A DNA stretch of 64,000 nucleotides from NCBI GenBank assembly GCA_964515295.1, contig CAZETW010000005.1:2826-66825 (forward strand), written 5' to 3'. How positions within the stretch are numbered: position 1 is the stretch's first letter; each line of letters opens with the position of its first letter. The DNA comes from an uncultured bacterium (GTDB taxonomy: Bacteria; Zhuqueibacterota; QNDG01; CAYUAG01). Positions 1 to 7,517 of the stretch are shown one piece after another. The notes beneath the pieces are model-generated. The model searched no databases. It was not told the DNA's origin and was given only the letters and a program-made list of their open reading frames with translations. Made by a program: the position numbers and the translations under genes.

Positions 1-1905
1 GGTAAGGGAATCATTGTGGGTTACGGTTTTTTCATATCGATAGTAATCACTGGCATAACGGTCGGCATTGATGCCGTCTTCATACATCAAAGCCTGATAT
101 TCACCCTTGCCCAGAAAAGACACATCAATCCGGAATTCCCGGGCAGAACAGTCGGTCATAGCTCCCAGATACCAGTCACTACCGTGTTTCCTGGCCAGGA
201 TCACATAGTCGCTGATTTGTGCCTCCAAGACCATGGTGGTATCCCACACAGTGGGAACTGATGACAAGAATTCCATACATTCTTTTTCTCTCAGGTAATG
301 GGAGGGGCTGTCACAGAGCATCTGCAGAGGACTTTCATACACCACATACATGGCTAATTGGTGACACCTGGTTCCCATGCTCATGGGCCGGGTGAATAGG
401 GCCCGGAAGTTTTTCTCTTGAGCGTTTATCATGGCACCCGGGGTGTAATCCATGGGACCGGCAACCATGCGTATAAAGGGCAGGATCAGATTATGCTCAG
501 GTGTCTGCTTATCACTCCACTTACTCTGCTCCAGACCTCGTACCCCTTCCCGGGTGATAACATTGGGGTAGGCTCGTCTCAGTCCACAGGGGGCATAGGC
601 GCCGTGAAAATCCACCACCATTTTTCTTTGAGCAGCTTCCCGGGCAATCAGGTGATAGTAATTGACCATATCCTGGTCATTTCTCTGCATAAAATCTACT
701 TTGATTCCTTTGACTCCCCATTGTTGAAACTGGTTAAGCGCCGGTTCAAGCTGTTTCTGCAGAGGTTTCCATAAAACCCACAATATTACTCCGACTTTTT
801 TACTTTCTGCATATGCACAGATTTCCTTTACATCAATACCCGGGGATTGCTGTAACAGATCTGTGGTTTTTGACCAGCCTTCATCCAGTATGACATATTC
901 GATATTGTATCGGGAGGCGAAATCAATATAGTATTTATAGGTTTGGGTATTGATACCGGCTCTGAAATCCACCCCGTAAATATTGTTGGCGTTCCACCAG
1001 TCCCAGGCCACTTTTCCGGGTGTAATCCAGGAAGTATTTTTCAACTGTAAGGGTGGTGCCAGTTTGTATACCAGCTGGTTGGTAATCAGATCTTTGTCCT
1101 TTTCAGCTAAAATAAACACCCTCCAGGGAAAGGAGCGAGTTCCTCTGGTCTGAGCCATATAGTCAGCCCGCGTTTCTATAATCTCATCCCGATCCGGATT
1201 TCTGCCGGGTTGGATGGTCAGCGGTACGGCCGGGAATCGGGCAGACAGACTGGTATTGTTTTGACCATGCAGAAACATGCCCGGATAATCCTTCAGGTCT
1301 GATTCTGTAAAAATAAGGTTGTAATCATCTGACGTTTTTATAAGCACGGGTACACTGCACATCTGCTGCTCCCCGATTTCACTGATTTTCAGATATTGAT
1401 AGTATCTTTCAAAATGGGTGATAAAACTTTCTTCAGCAGGGAAATAGGTATAAAAATCTCGGGTAAAATGTATACAGACTTCTTCAGATGAAATTTTGAT
1501 CTCTTTCGGAAAGGAGGTTTCGAATCGATAGGCGAATCCTTCATTGTAGGTTCGAAAGACAATGCTGAAATTATTTTTGAAAATCAGGGTCAGCTCATTG
1601 TACTGATTCTTTAGAGTTTTATCTTTCAGGGGGATAACCGGTTTTATGATTTCCTTACAACTATGCCATTTGTGATCCATCAGTTGCGGTTGTTCCCCCA
1701 GAATCTCTTCCGTGACCAGGGTCATGGATAGAGGAGAAGGATCAAGGATCTCAGCTCCTCGGTACTGTACGGAATAGGTGATGTTATCTTTGATTGTAAT
1801 TAATACCTGAATGTTTTTGCCAGGAGACTCCAGTAGATATTCAGAGGCATAGAGGCTGGATACAAATAAATTAATACATATAAAAAGGAAAAATATGTTT
1901 TTCAT
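1..1905 (-). CDS. Glycoside hydrolase family 97 (SusB-like alpha-glucosidase/alpha-galactosidase), N-terminal ~635 codons; 3' end lies beyond the window
   Basis: Not in the ORF track because it is open at the left edge. Hand translation from ATG at 1905 gives MKNIFFLFICINLFVSSLYASEYLLESPGKNIQV (signal peptide). Every segment I translated, down to base 1, was stop-free. Motifs include AGINTQTYKYYIDFASRYNIEYVILDEGW, GIKVDFMQRNDQ and VVDFHG, typical of GH97. The plus-strand ORFs 16..261 and 418..774 are antisense to it. Confidence 0.85.
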   Translation of the reverse strand, partial: MKNIFFLFICINLFVSSLYASEYLLESPGKNIQVLITIKDNITYSVQYRGAEILDPSPLSMTLVTEEILGEQPQLMDHKWHSCKEIIKPVIPLKDKTLKNQYNELTLIFKNNFSIVFRTYNEGFAYRFETSFPKEIKISSEEVCIHFTRDFYTYFPAEESFITHFERYYQYLKISEIGEQQMCSVPVLIKTSDDYNLIFTESDLKDYPGMFLHGQNNTSLSARFPAVPLTIQPGRNPDRDEIIETRADYMAQTRGTRSFPWRVFILAEKDKDLITNQLVYKLAPPLQLKNTSWITPGKVAWDWWNANNIYGVDFRAGINTQTYKYYIDFASRYNIEYVILDEGWSKTTDLLQQSPGIDVKEICAYAESKKVGVILWVLWKPLQKQLEPALNQFQQWGVKGIKVDFMQRNDQDMVNYYHLIAREAAQRKMVVDFHGAYAPCGLRRAYPNVITREGVRGLEQSKWSDKQTPEHNLILPFIRMVAGPMDYTPGAMINAQEKNFRALFTRPMSMGTRCHQLAMYVVYESPLQMLCDSPSHYLREKECMEFLSSVPTVWDTTMVLEAQISDYVILARKHGSDWYLGAMTDCSAREFRIDVSFLGKGEYQALMYEDGINADRYASDYYRYEKTVTHNDSLT

Positions 1906-2150
1906 ACCATACTCCCATAATTTTACAGTGTATTGGATTATGGATGTTTACACTGATAATATTTTGATTATATACTGATTAAGATACACAATAGAGGTGA
2001 GGTATTCAAGGAAAAAATTATGGTATGATCACTCGGAATGGATACCTTACCCTTGGTGTCTTGGAGTCTTAGGGTAATACTCATTTTATAATCCAAAGAC
2101 ATGGAAAACACCAAGAGTAAAAATTTTTTAAGAATTAATGACTATTGGGA

Positions 2151-2369
2151 TTAGTGATTTTTAATAATTCTAAAGATCATAAAAACCAGCATGATTTGAA
2201 TCAGAGCAATTCCCTCAAAAGTAAAGAATGCAAGTAATCGGTCATTGTAAAATTTTTCCCAGCCAAGTCGATTGAGCATAATTATTGGGGTTATTATCAT
2301 TTCAATCACCAGAATACCCAGACGAATAAATATAAAAAAGTACCGGAGAACCGATAACCATAAAAACAA
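2151..2369 (-). CDS. Small hydrophobic membrane protein, probably the frameshifted 3' part of a 79-codon gene starting at 2391
   Basis: Two or three predicted TM helices. An ATG at 2391 overlaps the upstream stop (TAATG) and reads MKKFFWIFVFMVIGSPVL. It then falls out of frame at a T6 run (minus strand, 2334-2339). Removing one T joins it to this ORF. Confidence 0.4.
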   Translation of the reverse strand: MFLWLSVLRYFFIFIRLGILVIEMIITPIIMLNRLGWEKFYNDRLLAFFTFEGIALIQIMLVFMIFRIIKNH

Positions 2370-2390
2370 AAATCCAGAAGAATTTTTTCA

Positions 2391-2543
2391 TTACTCTTTA
2401 CCTTTTTTCGTTTTGGTGCAGGGATGATGCTTGGTATCGCCGTGACATTCCCGGATCTGTTCTTCGGTGCAGTGCTCCGGTTTGTTCTTCAGTTTTTCCG
2501 GCTGTTCACAACAGCAGTTATCATTTGAATGTTCAGTACACAT
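2391..2543 (-). CDS. 50-aa Cys/His-rich peptide (7 Cys, 5 His), candidate metal-binding or metallothionein-like protein
   Basis: MCTEHSNDNCCCEQPEKLKNKPEHCTEEQIRECHGDTKHHPCTKTKKGKE. Strong SD (AAAGGAGG) lies 5 nt upstream of the ATG at 2543. The gene sits directly downstream of an ArsR/SmtB regulator and has its own palindromic operator. The track start at 2609 is probably too long. Confidence 0.6.
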   Translation of the reverse strand: MCTEHSNDNCCCEQPEKLKNKPEHCTEEQIRECHGDTKHHPCTKTKKGKE

Positions 2544-2580
2544 AAAACCTCCTTTAAAAATAAGTTTAAATTTATAATAT

Positions 2581-2596
2581 AATAAGCATTTGCTTA
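2581..2596. promoter_or_regulatory. Perfect palindrome ATAAGCAtttGCTTAT, candidate ArsR-family operator overlapping a TATAAT-like box for the Cys-rich ORF
   Basis: ATAAGCA/TGCTTAT arms lie between the arsR-like stop and the Cys-rich ORF. On the minus strand the palindrome is followed by TATATTATAAAT and the SD. The same ATAAGC...GCTTAT half-sites recur at 2917-2932. Confidence 0.45.
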
Positions 2597-2616
2597 TTAA
2601 CAATGCCAAAAAAATT

Positions 2617-2913
2617 TTACCCTTCTTGTATATCTATAAAATGTTCTCCTAAATGTTTTCGTACACTTGCCTTAAAATCCCGGAGTCGTCTGTCATCCAG
2701 CTGGTAATGGATGATGGATCCGTATCGGTCGCTTTTCACCAGACCGGTTTCCTTTAAAATTGCCAGATGCTGGGACACTGCAGGCTGAGTAATGTTTAAT
2801 TTTTGGGTGATGGCGTTCACACATAACTTCTTGTCCCGGATGAGCTCCAGTATCCTGATCCGGGATTCGGAAGAGAGCGCTTTGAATATTTTGGCTATTT
2901 CAGTTATGTTCAT
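2617..2913 (-). CDS. ArsR/SmtB-family metalloregulatory transcriptional repressor
   Basis: 98 aa with winged HTH: SESRIRILELIRDKKLCVNAITQKLNITQPAVSQHLAILKETGLV. Confidence 0.85.
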   Translation of the reverse strand: MNITEIAKIFKALSSESRIRILELIRDKKLCVNAITQKLNITQPAVSQHLAILKETGLVKSDRYGSIIHYQLDDRRLRDFKASVRKHLGEHFIDIQEG

Positions 2914-2916
2914 TTT

Positions 2917-2932
2917 ATAAGCCTTCGCTTAT
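2917..2932. promoter_or_regulatory. Palindrome ATAAGCcttcGCTTAT next to the arsR-like start codon; candidate autoregulatory operator
   Basis: Same half-sites as 2581-2596. A further ATAAGC half-site and a TATGTTA...TAACATA inverted repeat follow at 2933-2957. Confidence 0.4.
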
Positions 2933-3008
2933 TATGTTATAAGCATATACTAACATAATAAATAAAAGCAGTAATGTCAAGGGAAAAATAAATTTTTTTT
3001 TAGCCTTG

Positions 3009-3071
3009 GTAACGTTCCTTACAATCACAGTTTTAAATACGATTGACAATCACTTGTTGGGAACGTTTTCC
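3009..3071. repeat. attC-like imperfect palindrome (63 bp)
   Basis: GGTAAC-GTTCCTTACAATCACAG...TGACAATCACTTGTTGGGAAC-GTTTTCC. The AACGTTCC/GGAACGTT and ACAA/TTGT arms pair with mismatches or bulges and are bounded by AAC and GTT. It lies 24 nt after the stop of the Y1 fragment. Confidence 0.4.
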
Positions 3072-3094
3072 TGGGACGGTCTCCGTCCATTCAC

Positions 3095-3463
3095 TCACCA
3101 TTCTGTACAAACAGGTATTAACCCTGTTCCCTGTACATAGTTACGGGCACTTGAGTATCTCCAGTGAACAGGATCATCAACATATCCTCGACGAATCGGA
3201 TTATAATGAATGTATTCAATCTTCCGAGTAGTTATTTTTCTTGTCCTCATTTGTTGTGGATGACTGCCTTCCTGCCAGACTTGATATTCCCTGTCCCTCT
3301 TAAATGTTTGTTTTCCATTGGAAAGTGCGCTTAAAATAAATTTAGAGCCGTTTCTTTTGTAATAATCCATAATCTGTCTGGCTGTATACGACTTGAAATT
3401 CCCCAATTCTTTGGAAAGATTATCTGATGATACTACCATATGCAAATGATTTTCCATAATCAC
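3095..3463 (-). pseudogene. 5'-truncated Y1 HUH transposase (IS200/IS605 TnpA or REP-associated RAYT-like)
   Basis: HUH motif ENHLHMVV sits almost at the N-terminus. The C-terminal YIHYNPIRRGYVDDPVHWRYSSARNY is typical of the family. Upstream in frame there are only 13 codons before a stop and no canonical N-terminal ~60 aa. Confidence 0.65.
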
Positions 3464-3593
3464 ATACGACAGGTGAACTTGACAACCAATATCCCTTATT
3501 TATCGTGTGCCATTGCCTTTAGGCAATGTCTTGCCACACCTATTTATTGAAAATTTATGTCATATCCGGATCACCCGACGGTTCATTGTATTG

Positions 3594-3956
3594 TTATTTG
3601 CTATGGTTAAGTTTAAATTTTTTTGCTATGGCATTTAGCCTTTGATCAAATGTCCAAAGTGGAATATCTGTTACCAAAGATGAAGCAAGAATTGCTACGT
3701 CAATATACCCCAAACCTTTACCCATAATTTTATTATTCTCAATAAAGATCATTATCTCGTCATGCTCTATAAGGGAAGATTGCGGTAAGGCTTTAAGGGC
3801 AGCTATAATTTCTTTTCTATTTTTTATGTTACCACACGCCAATTCTCCCAGAATGAATGGATGGCAAAATACCTCTCCATCATTTAGTAATTCAACGAGT
3901 TGATCATTACTATTTCTAAAATGATCAATCCATATAGAAGTATCGACTAAAACCAT
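3594..3956 (-). CDS. vapC: PIN-domain toxin VapC
   Basis: MVLVDTSIWIDHFR..., 120 aa, placed 6 nt after a VapB-like antitoxin gene. Confidence 0.85.
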   Translation of the reverse strand: MVLVDTSIWIDHFRNSNDQLVELLNDGEVFCHPFILGELACGNIKNRKEIIAALKALPQSSLIEHDEIMIFIENNKIMGKGLGYIDVAILASSLVTDIPLWTFDQRLNAIAKKFKLNHSK

Positions 3957-3962
3957 TTTTTA

Positions 3963-4151
3963 CTAATTTCGTCTTCTTGGTATATTGGTTAAATTCTTTT
4001 CTGTTCCACCAAGTTTTGCTAATCTTTTTGCACTTTCACGGGCAATTAATGCTTCAAGACCTAAACGTACGAGCGATGTCTTTTCTTTAATTCCAGTTAA
4101 TTTTGAGGCTTTATCGATTAGCGTGTCTTCAATGTTTAGTGTTGTTCTCAT
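3963..4151 (-). CDS. vapB: VapB-family antitoxin (62 aa)
   Basis: MRTTLNIEDTLIDKASKLTGIKEKTSLVRLGLEALIARESAKRLAKLGG. I placed the start at the internal ATG at 4151, preceded by AAAGGTG. The track start at 4202 has no SD. Confidence 0.8.
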   Translation of the reverse strand: MRTTLNIEDTLIDKASKLTGIKEKTSLVRLGLEALIARESAKRLAKLGGTEKNLTNIPRRRN

Positions 4152-4224
4152 AAACACCTTTATGTATTGTATGTGCATATTAATATGCATAATATAATGC
4201 ATTTTGTCAAGTATTTATTTAGCA

Positions 4225-4319
4225 TATAACGATACAACTGAGCAGCGCGACGCTAAATGAATCATTCTTTCTTTTAGGTAGGGTAGTGTAGGAGCGTCTT
4301 CTCCAGTTGTTCGTTATAC
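4225..4319. repeat. attC-like imperfect palindrome (95 bp)
   Basis: Arms TATAACGATACAACTG (4225-4240) and CAGTTGTTCGTTATA (4304-4318) are complementary except for one extra base in one arm. They are bounded by TATAAC...GTTATA. The site ends 5 nt from the ParE-family stop (4324). Confidence 0.5.
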
Positions 4320-4323
4320 CGGT

Positions 4324-4620
4324 TTATTCATTTACTTCCTCTGAGGGCAATATTTGTTTAAAGTGACGTACTGTTAAAATGAAAATTTCTTCTTGTCGTA
4401 CCTTGTAAATTATTCGATAATTACCATGAATTATTTCTCGTATATATGGTTTATTTGTTTCAGGAACAATGCGCCCACTTTTAGGAAATTTTTTCAAACA
4501 GTCAATAATTTTAAAAATTGATTCTACCCATTTGATTGAAACATCTGGATTATCTTTGGCTATATATTCTGATATTTCTGTCATTCGTTCTACAGATAAA
4601 GGTGACCAGATAATTTTCAT
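4324..4620 (-). CDS. RelE/ParE-family type II toxin
   Basis: 98 aa with ...IREIIHGNYRIIYKVRQEEIFILTVRHFKQ. It overlaps the upstream Phd/YefM gene by 4 nt. Confidence 0.8.
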   Translation of the reverse strand: MKIIWSPLSVERMTEISEYIAKDNPDVSIKWVESIFKIIDCLKKFPKSGRIVPETNKPYIREIIHGNYRIIYKVRQEEIFILTVRHFKQILPSEEVNE

Positions 4621-4898
4621 TTATTAAGCCTCTTGAGAATTTGAGTTTTAGCCTTATCATGACTTATACCTTGCCCTTTTTCTATTTGAGATTCAGCCAG
4701 TTCAATATCACTTAGTAGCTCGATTTTTTCTAATATTTTCTCATATTCAGCAACATCAAGTATTACGGCAGCACTTCTACCATGCTGTGTTAATACAATA
4801 GGTTTTTTGGTACGTTTAATTTCTTCAATTATTGAAGTGATATTTGCGCGAAAATCAGATAATGGTCTAATATTTGTTTCTAAATTTATTCTGTTCAT
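4617..4898 (-). CDS. Phd/YefM-family antitoxin
   Basis: MNRINLETNIRPLSDFRANITSIIEEIKRTKKPIVLTQHGRSAAVILDVAEYEKI. Start moved to the ATG at 4898, preceded by AAAGGAGG. Confidence 0.8.
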   Translation of the reverse strand: MNRINLETNIRPLSDFRANITSIIEEIKRTKKPIVLTQHGRSAAVILDVAEYEKILEKIELLSDIELAESQIEKGQGISHDKAKTQILKRLNK

Positions 4899-4955
4899 AA
4901 TACCTCCTTTTGTACAATTAATATGCCATTTAATGTACAAAATAAGAGATTAATT

Positions 4956-5080
4956 GTCAAACGTGATTTTCACCGGTCGAACCACCAACCGATTTTCCAA
5001 TAAAAGCAAATAATTCCACTAAACTTCAAAATTTGAAAAAATGGTGCGTGGTTCGATCCGCGTGCAAAATTTTGTTATAT
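4956..5080. repeat. attC-like imperfect palindrome (125 bp)
   Basis: Left arm is GTCAAAC-GTGATTTTCACCGGTCGAACCACCAACCG. Right arm is ATGGTGCGTGGTTCGATCCGCGTGCAAAATTTT-GTTATAT. The blocks ATTTT, CAC, CGG and TCGAACCAC pair, with four single-base bulges in one arm. The site ends 11 nt from the stop of the DprA-like gene (5091). Confidence 0.5.
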
Positions 5081-5090
5081 GTGCTCTCTG

Positions 5091-5618
5091 TCAGTACGCC
5101 TCATTTTCCAAGTTATCAGCGAAAATCAACCTGTCTTTTTCTTTTAATTTATTATATAGTTCTACCATCTTACCGCTTGCATCTACATAAGGGATGTATA
5201 TTTTTTTTGTAAGTTTGACCAGAAACTCATTCCGTTTATTACAGAGTTCTCTTGTCGGTCTTGTAATTAAGCCGTGAATTGGCGTTATGATTAAGATTCT
5301 ATTTTCATCTAAACCTGCTCGCCATAATTTCGGGAGACGCATATTATTCAATGACCTTGCTGGACAGATTACTATGGGTTGTATGCCTTTTATTAATACA
5401 TTCAGAATTTCCTGTTCAACCGGTGAATGAAATCCGCTGGCAATAACCAACCCATCTTCACGCCACTGGAAAGCCTGTTCCTGAATCTTTATGATAATAT
5501 TGCCTGGACATTTTGAAGAGCAAAGAAAAGCAAAATCGATTTGGTCAAGCAAACCAATGTTGCCGATATAATCGCAATGATAGTTTCGACTTTCCAAAGT
5601 CAGTTCAATATTATTCAT
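5091..5618 (-). CDS. Short DprA/Smf-like Rossmann-fold (SLOG-type) protein
   Basis: By eye, FAFLCSSKCPG...VIASGFHSPVEQEILNVLIKGIQPIVICPARSL...RILIITP...RPTRELCNKRNEF...YIPYVDASG parallels the DprA core (GSR..., SGxAxGID..AH, tiaVLgcG, SE.p, F..RNR, vvEa..SG). It overlaps the RhuM-like gene by 8 nt. Confidence 0.45.
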   Translation of the reverse strand: MNNIELTLESRNYHCDYIGNIGLLDQIDFAFLCSSKCPGNIIIKIQEQAFQWREDGLVIASGFHSPVEQEILNVLIKGIQPIVICPARSLNNMRLPKLWRAGLDENRILIITPIHGLITRPTRELCNKRNEFLVKLTKKIYIPYVDASGKMVELYNKLKEKDRLIFADNLENEAY

Positions 5619-6708
5619 CTTCTTCGCTTTTGAGTTTTTCCGGATTCTTTACGAATTTTTTGTCTTCCGATTTGATGTGTTTTTTCAAAAGATGTTTTTC
5701 CATTTCCTCCAATTGCTTCAAATCTTCTTCATTAGCAGCAAGTGCCTCTACTTTCTTTCTTTTCGCGTCAAATTCATTATAACGATCTTCGGCTATTTTT
5801 TTTGCAACCTCTGCTTTAACCTGACCTGCATGTGTTAAAAGATCTTGTTCATTGAATTTCAGAAATGCATCCAGCTTATCAGACCATTGGGCCATAGTAA
5901 CTGTTTTACGCTGGCGGGCTTGCCTTTCAGCATAATCCAGATACATGGTTACAATCTCATTAAGGTCTTTGATTTCCTCTGCCTTTAAATAATTCTTGGC
6001 AATACTCACATCTTGCTTGCGGACCACTGATCCTTTCCAGGATGTAAGCCCCATGTTGGGTTTGTTGGAATCGCCTCGTGATTCGATTAGCTCTGCTGCT
6101 GTTTTGCCTGTCACGGCCCAGAGCATTTTGTTCTGCACCTTTTTATAAAACGTTTGGGCCTGAGTAGATGTCTTGTCATAATCTATGGCTGTTGCATAGA
6201 TATCTCGGATTTTCTGATAGAAACGCTTTTCTGAGGCTCTAATATCTCGAATGCGCTCGAGCCATTCATCAAAATAATCCCACTGCTCTGCCTGCTTGAG
6301 GCGAGCGTCATCCATGGCAAAGCCTTTGATGATGTATTCTTTCAAAATCCGGGTCGCCCATATTCTGAATTGGGTGGCGCGTTTGGAATTTACTCGGTAT
6401 CCGACAGCGATGATGGCGTCCAGGTTGAAAAATTCCATCAATCGGGTGACGTCTCTGCCGCCTTCCTGTTGAACTGTTTCCATTTTGGAAACAGTTGCAT
6501 TTCTATCAAGTTCTCGCTCTTCATAAATATTTTTAAGATGTTTGGATATGGCCGGCACATTGACACCAAACAACTCCGCCATCTTCTTCTGCGTGAGCCA
6601 AATGGTCTCATCCTGAATTACTGTGTCTATCCTGATTTTGCCATCATCTGTGGTATAGAGGATTATTTCCGAACTATTCGTTTTCTTAACCATCAGTTCC
6701 TCTTTCAA
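5611..6708 (-). CDS. RhuM-family protein (virulence-protein RhuM/Fic-associated family) with K/E-rich coiled-coil tail
   Basis: ...IWLTQKKMAELFGVNVPAISKHLKNIYEERELD...AIIAVGYRVNSKRATQFRIWATRILKEYIIKGFAMDDARLKQ... is characteristic of RhuM. Confidence 0.75.
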   Translation of the reverse strand: MKEELMVKKTNSSEIILYTTDDGKIRIDTVIQDETIWLTQKKMAELFGVNVPAISKHLKNIYEERELDRNATVSKMETVQQEGGRDVTRLMEFFNLDAIIAVGYRVNSKRATQFRIWATRILKEYIIKGFAMDDARLKQAEQWDYFDEWLERIRDIRASEKRFYQKIRDIYATAIDYDKTSTQAQTFYKKVQNKMLWAVTGKTAAELIESRGDSNKPNMGLTSWKGSVVRKQDVSIAKNYLKAEEIKDLNEIVTMYLDYAERQARQRKTVTMAQWSDKLDAFLKFNEQDLLTHAGQVKAEVAKKIAEDRYNEFDAKRKKVEALAANEEDLKQLEEMEKHLLKKHIKSEDKKFVKNPEKLKSEEDE

Positions 6709-6732
6709 AGCATTTAAGAATACACATTGCTT

Positions 6733-7011
6733 TCATGCAACTTGTGGGGACAGTCCAAGTTTAACCTGCAACTCGGCGCCTGAACCAATCAAGACCATTT
6801 TCCCGACGTCGGCAAAATGGTCTGCAACCTCGTGACCCGCGGTCTCACAAGCTGTTTTCGCTTTTGAAATGACTTTAACAAAGTTATCCCATTTCGAATA
6901 ACCCAATAGATGCTGTAAATCTCTGGCAAACCAGAATTCAATGTCATTAGCTGTTTTATTGGCATGGGTTTCAAAATCTTTGGTTAGTGTTTTGATGATT
7001 TCCTTTTTCAT
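6733..7011 (-). pseudogene. DinD-like (DNA-damage-inducible protein D) N-terminal fragment, truncated after ~85 aa
   Basis: IEFWFARDLQHLLGYSKWDNFVKVISKAKTACETAGHEVADHFADVGKMVLIGSGAE matches the DinD N-terminal half. The expected LSRYACYL... C-terminal half is absent, and the RhuM-like gene starts 25 nt downstream. Confidence 0.6.
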
Positions 7012-7412
7012 TGCATGTCCTTTAAAAGTGTATAGCCCAAGATCGTTTTGTTGACGTCAACAAAATGATCGAGTATTTTATGACCTGATGTTTCACAGGC
7101 TGTTTTTGCCTTATTGATGACTTTGTTAAAATTTCGCCATTCGGTGTAGCCCAGCAAATGCTGAAGATCGCGGGCAAACCAGAATTCAATCCGACCTTTG
7201 ATGGCCCTCGATATTCATCGTGGGCCTCTTTGGGGGAGGGATATCCATCCCGCTGGGTTGGGCAGGGAAGATTCTACTTTTTTCACCTCCCAATATTCGC
7301 TCTTAACAAAAATCGTTGCTATTTCAAATGTACAGAAATAATAAGAAATTTTAGCTGGATCAATTTTGTATTTTTGCATTTTTTTCACTCTTAGTAAGCA
7401 TGGTAATAACAT
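7008..7412 (-). pseudogene. Second DinD-like fragment fused in frame, across an internal TGA, to an unrelated 5' ORF
   Basis: Hand translation gives ...LPQRGPR*ISRAIKGRIEFWFARDLQHLLGYTEWRNFNKVINKAKTACETSGHKILDHFVDVNKTILGYTLLKDMQ*. The in-frame TGA is at 7215-7217. There is no start codon after it. The terminal TGA overlaps the ATG of the 6733..7011 fragment (ATGA). Confidence 0.55.
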
Positions 7413-7517
7413 TCATTAGTCAGTATCTTAGCCCCTAATCCACCCATCGGGATACATATCCCTCTCCATTTTATGCCCAGGATGAATATCCAGGGCAATC
7501 AGCTTTTATGTTATATA

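Noticed and set aside
16-774. Plus-strand ORFs 16..261 and 418..774
   Set aside because: They are antisense to the well-supported GH97 coding frame and have no recognisable motifs.
5045-5068. tRNA-like T-arm (GTGGTTCGATCCGCG) suggesting a tRNA 3' fragment or att site
   Set aside because: No D-arm, anticodon arm or acceptor stem lies upstream. The GGTTCGATCC segment is the partner of GGTCGAACCACC at 4977-4988, so it is one arm of the long imperfect palindrome 4956-5080.
7215-7217. In-frame TGA as possible recoding (selenocysteine or an alternative genetic code)
   Set aside because: TGA terminates well-supported genes in the same window (RT, avd). No SECIS-like context is evident, and the surrounding locus is clearly decayed.
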